From NCBI GenBank assembly GCA_049975285.1, contig JBNGDQ010000002.1:1-34936 (forward strand): DNA of 34,936 bases, in the 5' to 3' direction. Source of the DNA: Thermoplasmatota archaeon (GTDB lineage: Archaea > Thermoplasmatota > E2 > UBA202 > DSCA01). Below are positions 31,451-34,936 of this stretch, in pieces. The notes beneath the pieces are model-generated. The model did not search any database and was not told the DNA's origin. It worked only from the letters and a program-made list of their open reading frames with translations. Numbering within the stretch: position 1 is the stretch's first letter; each line of letters starts with the position of its first letter. Both the position numbers and the translations under genes were made by a program.

Positions 31451-32299
31451 ATGCGCCCGGGCTTCACATGCATGGCCGGCGTGCTCTGTAACTGTCACAC
31501 GCATCTCGGTGATGCCTTCATATCACTCCCGGAGCGGGACTGGACGGTGGAGGAGCTCGTGGCACCGCCTGACGGCTACAAGCACCGCAGGCTCCGTGAG
31601 GCGAGCCGCGATGAGGTCATTGAAGGGATGCGAGGGGCGTTGACTGAGATGCGCGAGGGTGGCATCACGCATTTTATTGATTTCCGGGAGGGTGGCATCG
31701 CGGGCGTCGAGTTGCTGGAAGAAGCACTGCAGACAGTGGAAAACATTACAGGCATCATTATGGCACGACCCCGGGAGCATGACTACGACGAAGCAGAGGT
31801 GGACGAGCTGCTGAGAAGTGCTGATGGCGTCGGGGTGAGCAGTGCCGTCGACTGGGACTACGGAGAGCTGGAAAAGGTGGCTATCCATACCCGCCGGCGG
31901 GACAAGTTGTTTGCATTGCACGCCAGCGAGGCCATTCGCGAGGATATCGATGCCGTCCTCGCGCTGCAGCCGTCATTCCTGGTGCATCTGTGCCGGGCCA
32001 CCGAGGAGGACCTGCAGGCGGTGGCTGCCGCCGGGGTGCCCGTGGTGGTGTGCCCGCGGGCCAATGCCTTTTTTGGGCTTCGGCCTCCGGTGGAGCGCAT
32101 GCTGGAGCTGGGCATTCCGCTGCTGCTTGGAACGGACAATGCCATGCTGGCCTCGCCGGATATCCGGGAGGAGATGGCGTATACCCGCGAGTGTTTTGCT
32201 GTTTCTCCTGGGGACGTGGCGGCGATGACGGCGGCGAATCCAAGGAAATATTTAAATGTACGTGGCAATATTCACCAACGAGCCGGAGGGAAACCATAA
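31451..32299 (+). CDS. Amidohydrolase-superfamily protein (chlorohydrolase / deaminase-like)
   Basis: N-terminal metal-binding CNCHTHLGD (HxH), HASE, and GTDN near the C-terminus. ATG 31472 ([11 protein letters not shown]) is an alternative start. Confidence 0.7.
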   Translation: MRPGFTCMAGVLCNCHTHLGDAFISLPERDWTVEELVAPPDGYKHRRLREASRDEVIEGMRGALTEMREGGITHFIDFREGGIAGVELLEEALQTVENITGIIMARPREHDYDEAEVDELLRSADGVGVSSAVDWDYGELEKVAIHTRRRDKLFALHASEAIREDIDAVLALQPSFLVHLCRATEEDLQAVAAAGVPVVVCPRANAFFGLRPPVERMLELGIPLLLGTDNAMLASPDIREEMAYTRECFAVSPGDVAAMTAANPRKYLNVRGNIHQRAGGKP

Positions 32300-32352
32300 C
32301 CTGTTGCGCCCGCACGTGGCGCATGACGGACCCTCTTTCCATCGAGGAAACA

Positions 32353-33204
32353 ATGAATAAGAAACAAAAAGTCAAGGACGTCATGACCACTGACATCATC
32401 ACGGCGACGGTGCCCGGCAACCGGGAGGACGTGCTCCGCCTCTTCGGAAAACATGAGATAACCGGGATGCCGGTTGTCAAGGCTGGTACGAGCACCCTGG
32501 CTGGCATCGTCACCCGGAGTGATCTGTTCCGTCATAACGAGGAGGAACAGCTCGCTCTCATTATGAACGACAGTCCACTGACTGTGGAACCGAACGAGAC
32601 CATTGAGGAGGCAGCCACTATTTTTTTCCATAGCCGAGTGCACGGCCTGCCCGTGATCGAAGATGGAGAGCTGCAGGGCATCATCGCCCCATCAGATATC
32701 CTCCGCCTCATCAAGACCTTTGACGGTGAACTCGTCGAGGAGTATCTCTCGCCGCAGTTCATCCCGATTTATCAGGAGACGCCCCTGCCGGCGGTCATGC
32801 GGATATTCAAGATTACCGATGTCGACGCGGTACCCGTCATAGACGATGAAGGATCCCTGGTGGGCATCGTCGGGGACGGCGACCTGTTCACCTTCTCGCA
32901 TCTACAGGAGAGCGTGAGCGAATCAGAGATGGGCCTGGGGGAAGACGAGGATATGTGGAGCTGGGAGGGCATCCGGGACGTCATGCGCCTGTATTATGAG
33001 ACATCGAAGATAGAGCTGCCGCCGATTCCAGTAAAGGAGGTCATGGTAACGGATCTCTTCACCGTGTTCAGTAAGACGCCCATATCCGGCGTAGCGGAAA
33101 AAATGCTTACGCATGACGTGAACCAGTTGCCTGTCACGGATGAAAACGACGAGCTCATCGGCATGGTCAGCGACATCGACCTCATGAAAGCGCTCATATC
33201 GTGA
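32353..33204 (+). CDS. CBS-domain protein (four CBS motifs / two Bateman modules)
   Basis: Repeated CBS pattern: VKDVMTTDIITA...GMPVV, PLTVEPNETIEEA...GLPVIEDGELQGIIAPSDIL, AVPVIDDEGSLVGIVGDGDL, QLPVTDENDELIGMVSDIDL. GAGGA (32344-32348) precedes ATG 32353. ATG 32323 is an alternative start. Confidence 0.75.
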   Translation: MNKKQKVKDVMTTDIITATVPGNREDVLRLFGKHEITGMPVVKAGTSTLAGIVTRSDLFRHNEEEQLALIMNDSPLTVEPNETIEEAATIFFHSRVHGLPVIEDGELQGIIAPSDILRLIKTFDGELVEEYLSPQFIPIYQETPLPAVMRIFKITDVDAVPVIDDEGSLVGIVGDGDLFTFSHLQESVSESEMGLGEDEDMWSWEGIRDVMRLYYETSKIELPPIPVKEVMVTDLFTVFSKTPISGVAEKMLTHDVNQLPVTDENDELIGMVSDIDLMKALIS

Positions 33205-33208
33205 TGAC

Positions 33209-34825
33209 ATGGATATCTACAGCGAGATAGTATCCCTGGCAAAGCGGCGCGGTTTTTTTTATCCCGCCTATGACATCTACGGCGGCGAGGCAGGCTTCTA
33301 TGACTACGGACCGCTGGGCACCCGGCTGAAGCACAACGTCGAGGAGAAATGGCGGTCGTTTTACGTCCTCCGCGAGGGATGCCTGGAGATATCCACGCCG
33401 GTCATTACCCCGTATGCGGTCTTCAAGGCCTCGGGTCACGTGGACAAGTTCCTGGATGTAGTGCTGACCTGCCCGGAGTGTGGCTTCTCCGCGAAGGAGG
33501 AAACCGTCGAGGAGCCCCATCGCTCCCGGCTGGAGTGTCCCGAGTGCGGTGGGTCGCTGCAGCGCGGCGACATGAACCTGATGTTCGAGACGGAGACCGG
33601 TGCCCTGGACCGACGGCCGGCGTTCCTGCGACCGGAGACGGCGCAGGGTATCTTCGTGGCTTTCCCGTTCCTTTATCAGTTCTCGCGGAAAAAGCTTCCC
33701 CTGGGCGTCGTCCAGGTGGGCAAGGGCTTCCGCAACGAGGTATCCCCCCGGCAGAGCCTCTACCGGCTCCGGGAGTTCTCGATGGCCGAGGCGGAGATCT
33801 TTTTCGACCCGGAGGACAAGACGCATCCACGATTCGACGAAGTGGCCAATGATACGCTTACGGTCATCCCGGCCGGCGGCACCGAACAGATGGCAACCAT
33901 AGGATCGCTCCTCGAAAGCGGCGTCATCGGCAACCAGGCGCTCGCCTACTATGTAGCGCTCACCCGGCGATTCCTGCTTGCGGTGGGCATCGACGAGCAA
34001 AAGCTGCGGTTCCGGCAGCATGCACCCGACGAGATGGCGCATTATGCCACGGATTGCTGGGACGCCGAGATATTGACGGCGCTGGGCTGGATAGAATGCG
34101 TGGGCATCGCTGACCGGACGGCTTATGATCTCACCGCACACATGGAGGCAACAGGGGAGGATATGACCGCCTTCCGGCGACACGACGAAGCGAGAGAAGA
34201 AACGAGGCGGCGTGTCATCCCGGATATGGCGAAGCTGGGCCCCGAATTCAAGGGGAAAGCGAAGGACATCGCTGACCGGCTGGTGGAGATGGAGCCATCC
34301 GGGGACGGCGTCACGGTGACGGTGGACGGCGATGACATCGAGGTTGGCCCCGAGTTCTACGAGGTCGTCGAGGAGGATGTCACCATCACCGGCGAGAGCT
34401 TTATCCCGCACGTGGTGGAGCCCTCCTATGGCATCGACCGCATCATCTACTGCATCCTGGAGCACAACTATGCCCACGGTGAAAAGGAGGGTGAAACATA
34501 CGTCACGCTGCAACTGCCGCCGGACATCGCGCCCGTCACGGCTGGCGTGTTCCCCCTGATCAGCAAGGACGAACTGCCCGATATTGCCCGGGACATTGCG
34601 GACGAGCTCCGCAGCGAAGGCATCCTGACCCATTACGACGAGGGGGGGAGCATCGGTCGGCGCTACGCCCGGATGGATGAAATCGGGACGCCGTTCTGCA
34701 TCACGGTTGACTTCGACACCCTGCAGGATGATACGGTGACGGTCCGCTATCGGGATACAACAGAGCAGGAGCGCGTGCACCGTGATGAGCTGGCCGGCTG
34801 GCTGCAGGAACGGATAGCGCGATAG
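33209..34825 (+). CDS. glyS: Glycine--tRNA ligase, archaeal/eukaryal alpha2 type
   Basis: RRGFFYPAYDIYGGEAGFYDYGPLG, RPETAQGIF, GKGFRNEVSPR, FSMAEAEIF (class II motif 2 region), the zinc-ribbon insertion CPECG...CPECGG, and the C-terminal anticodon-binding GSIGRRYARMDEIGTPFCITVD. The start is 4 nt after the CBS gene stop. Confidence 0.9.
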   Translation: MDIYSEIVSLAKRRGFFYPAYDIYGGEAGFYDYGPLGTRLKHNVEEKWRSFYVLREGCLEISTPVITPYAVFKASGHVDKFLDVVLTCPECGFSAKEETVEEPHRSRLECPECGGSLQRGDMNLMFETETGALDRRPAFLRPETAQGIFVAFPFLYQFSRKKLPLGVVQVGKGFRNEVSPRQSLYRLREFSMAEAEIFFDPEDKTHPRFDEVANDTLTVIPAGGTEQMATIGSLLESGVIGNQALAYYVALTRRFLLAVGIDEQKLRFRQHAPDEMAHYATDCWDAEILTALGWIECVGIADRTAYDLTAHMEATGEDMTAFRRHDEAREETRRRVIPDMAKLGPEFKGKAKDIADRLVEMEPSGDGVTVTVDGDDIEVGPEFYEVVEEDVTITGESFIPHVVEPSYGIDRIIYCILEHNYAHGEKEGETYVTLQLPPDIAPVTAGVFPLISKDELPDIARDIADELRSEGILTHYDEGGSIGRRYARMDEIGTPFCITVDFDTLQDDTVTVRYRDTTEQERVHRDELAGWLQERIAR

Positions 34826-34843
34826 CCTGCATTCATCAAACGC

Positions 34844-34853
34844 TGATTTTTAC
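34844..34853 (+). terminator. Oligo-T tract (TGATTTTTAC); candidate terminator after glyS
   Basis: A T5 run at 34847-34851, about 20 nt after TAG 34823-34825. Confidence 0.3.
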
Positions 34854-34911
34854 AGAAAGAAAAAAGAGAGGGGTTAACTGGACTAGTGATTTGACAAAAA
34901 AATACAATCAC

Positions 34912-34919
34912 ATTTATAT
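34912..34919 (+). promoter_or_regulatory. Canonical archaeal TATA box TTTATATA for a gene beyond the right edge
   Basis: Perfect TTTATATA in the AT-rich terminal 110 nt. Any transcription start would fall outside the window. Confidence 0.35.
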
Positions 34920-34936
34920 ATGGCTATCCCCATATC

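Noticed and set aside
33201-33207. A GTGATGA C-box-like motif at the CBS/glyS junction, which could mark a C/D box sRNA.
   Set aside because: No CTGA D or D' box and no terminal complementary stem occur within the following ~70 nt. The motif is explained by the stop codon plus spacer (cgTGAtgacATG).
33194-34780. A 528-aa ORF on the minus strand covering almost all of glyS. Similar long antisense ORFs occur at 27960-29303, 3079-4440, 6280-7578, 20600-21490, 26165-27091, 16183-17025, 13239-13937, 11367-12212 and 1873-2706.
   Set aside because: Each lies exactly opposite a gene with strong family motifs. Their translations are Arg/Gly/Pro/His/Asp-rich low-complexity strings with no recognisable motif, no TATA box or SD at their starts, and no room for a promoter. 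Long stop-free antisense frames are expected in GC-rich coding DNA with a strong third-position G/C bias.
34885-34910. A small inverted repeat, GTGATT-N14-AATCAC, in the AT-rich region after glyS. It could be an ncRNA hairpin or an operator.
   Set aside because: It has only 6 bp of stem and an A-rich 14-nt loop, which is within chance expectation for AT-rich sequence. The window ends before any associated gene can be seen.

Overview
This is a GC-rich, very compact archaeal chromosomal segment, about 95% coding by my hand tally. I call 31 protein genes (one is a partial 3' end at the left edge) and one tRNA-Pro(GGG). I found no rRNA, CRISPR array, transposase, integrase or recognisable phage or defence gene.

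Archaeal identity rests on these markers:
- class I LysRS
- pyruvoyl arginine decarboxylase PdaD
- archaeal/eukaryal-type GlyRS
- a stand-alone GMP synthase ATP-pyrophosphatase subunit
- Elp3 and Trm112
- MptE-like pterin kinase
- an RPA-like OB-fold protein
- a PGF-CTERM surface protein

A class II HMG-CoA reductase points to a Thermoplasmatota- or Archaeoglobi-like lineage. That is inference only.

Most genes are housekeeping:
- Translation and tRNA modification: lysS, glyS, truA, elp3, trm112, tRNA-Pro.
- Nucleotide and pterin metabolism: purE, guaA subunit B, mptE.
- Isoprenoid metabolism: hmgA and a UbiA prenyltransferase.
- Redox and carbon metabolism: an HPS-RraA fusion and a GlcD/HdrD-like oxidoreductase pair.

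The accessory-looking parts are:
- a pair of exported hydrolases, a prodomain-less papain-family peptidase and an Ig-stalked lipase
- a 1821-aa PKD/beta-helix/PGF-CTERM surface protein
- an orphan exported protein at 18089-18796
- a small coiled-coil ORF tightly coupled to elp3
- a DUF1614-like membrane protein whose stop overlaps the start of an Lhr-type helicase

I did not find a clear-cut new system. The candidates above are the best leads, and all are hypotheses.

At the regulatory scale:
- Most start codons sit about 22-29 nt downstream of an AT-rich TATA-like box, which suggests leaderless mRNAs. I used this spacing to refine several starts.
- Several stop codons are embedded in the next gene's TATA box.
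- Five convergent gene ends abut or overlap.

The many long antisense ORFs in the track are shadow ORFs typical of GC-rich coding DNA, and I rejected them.
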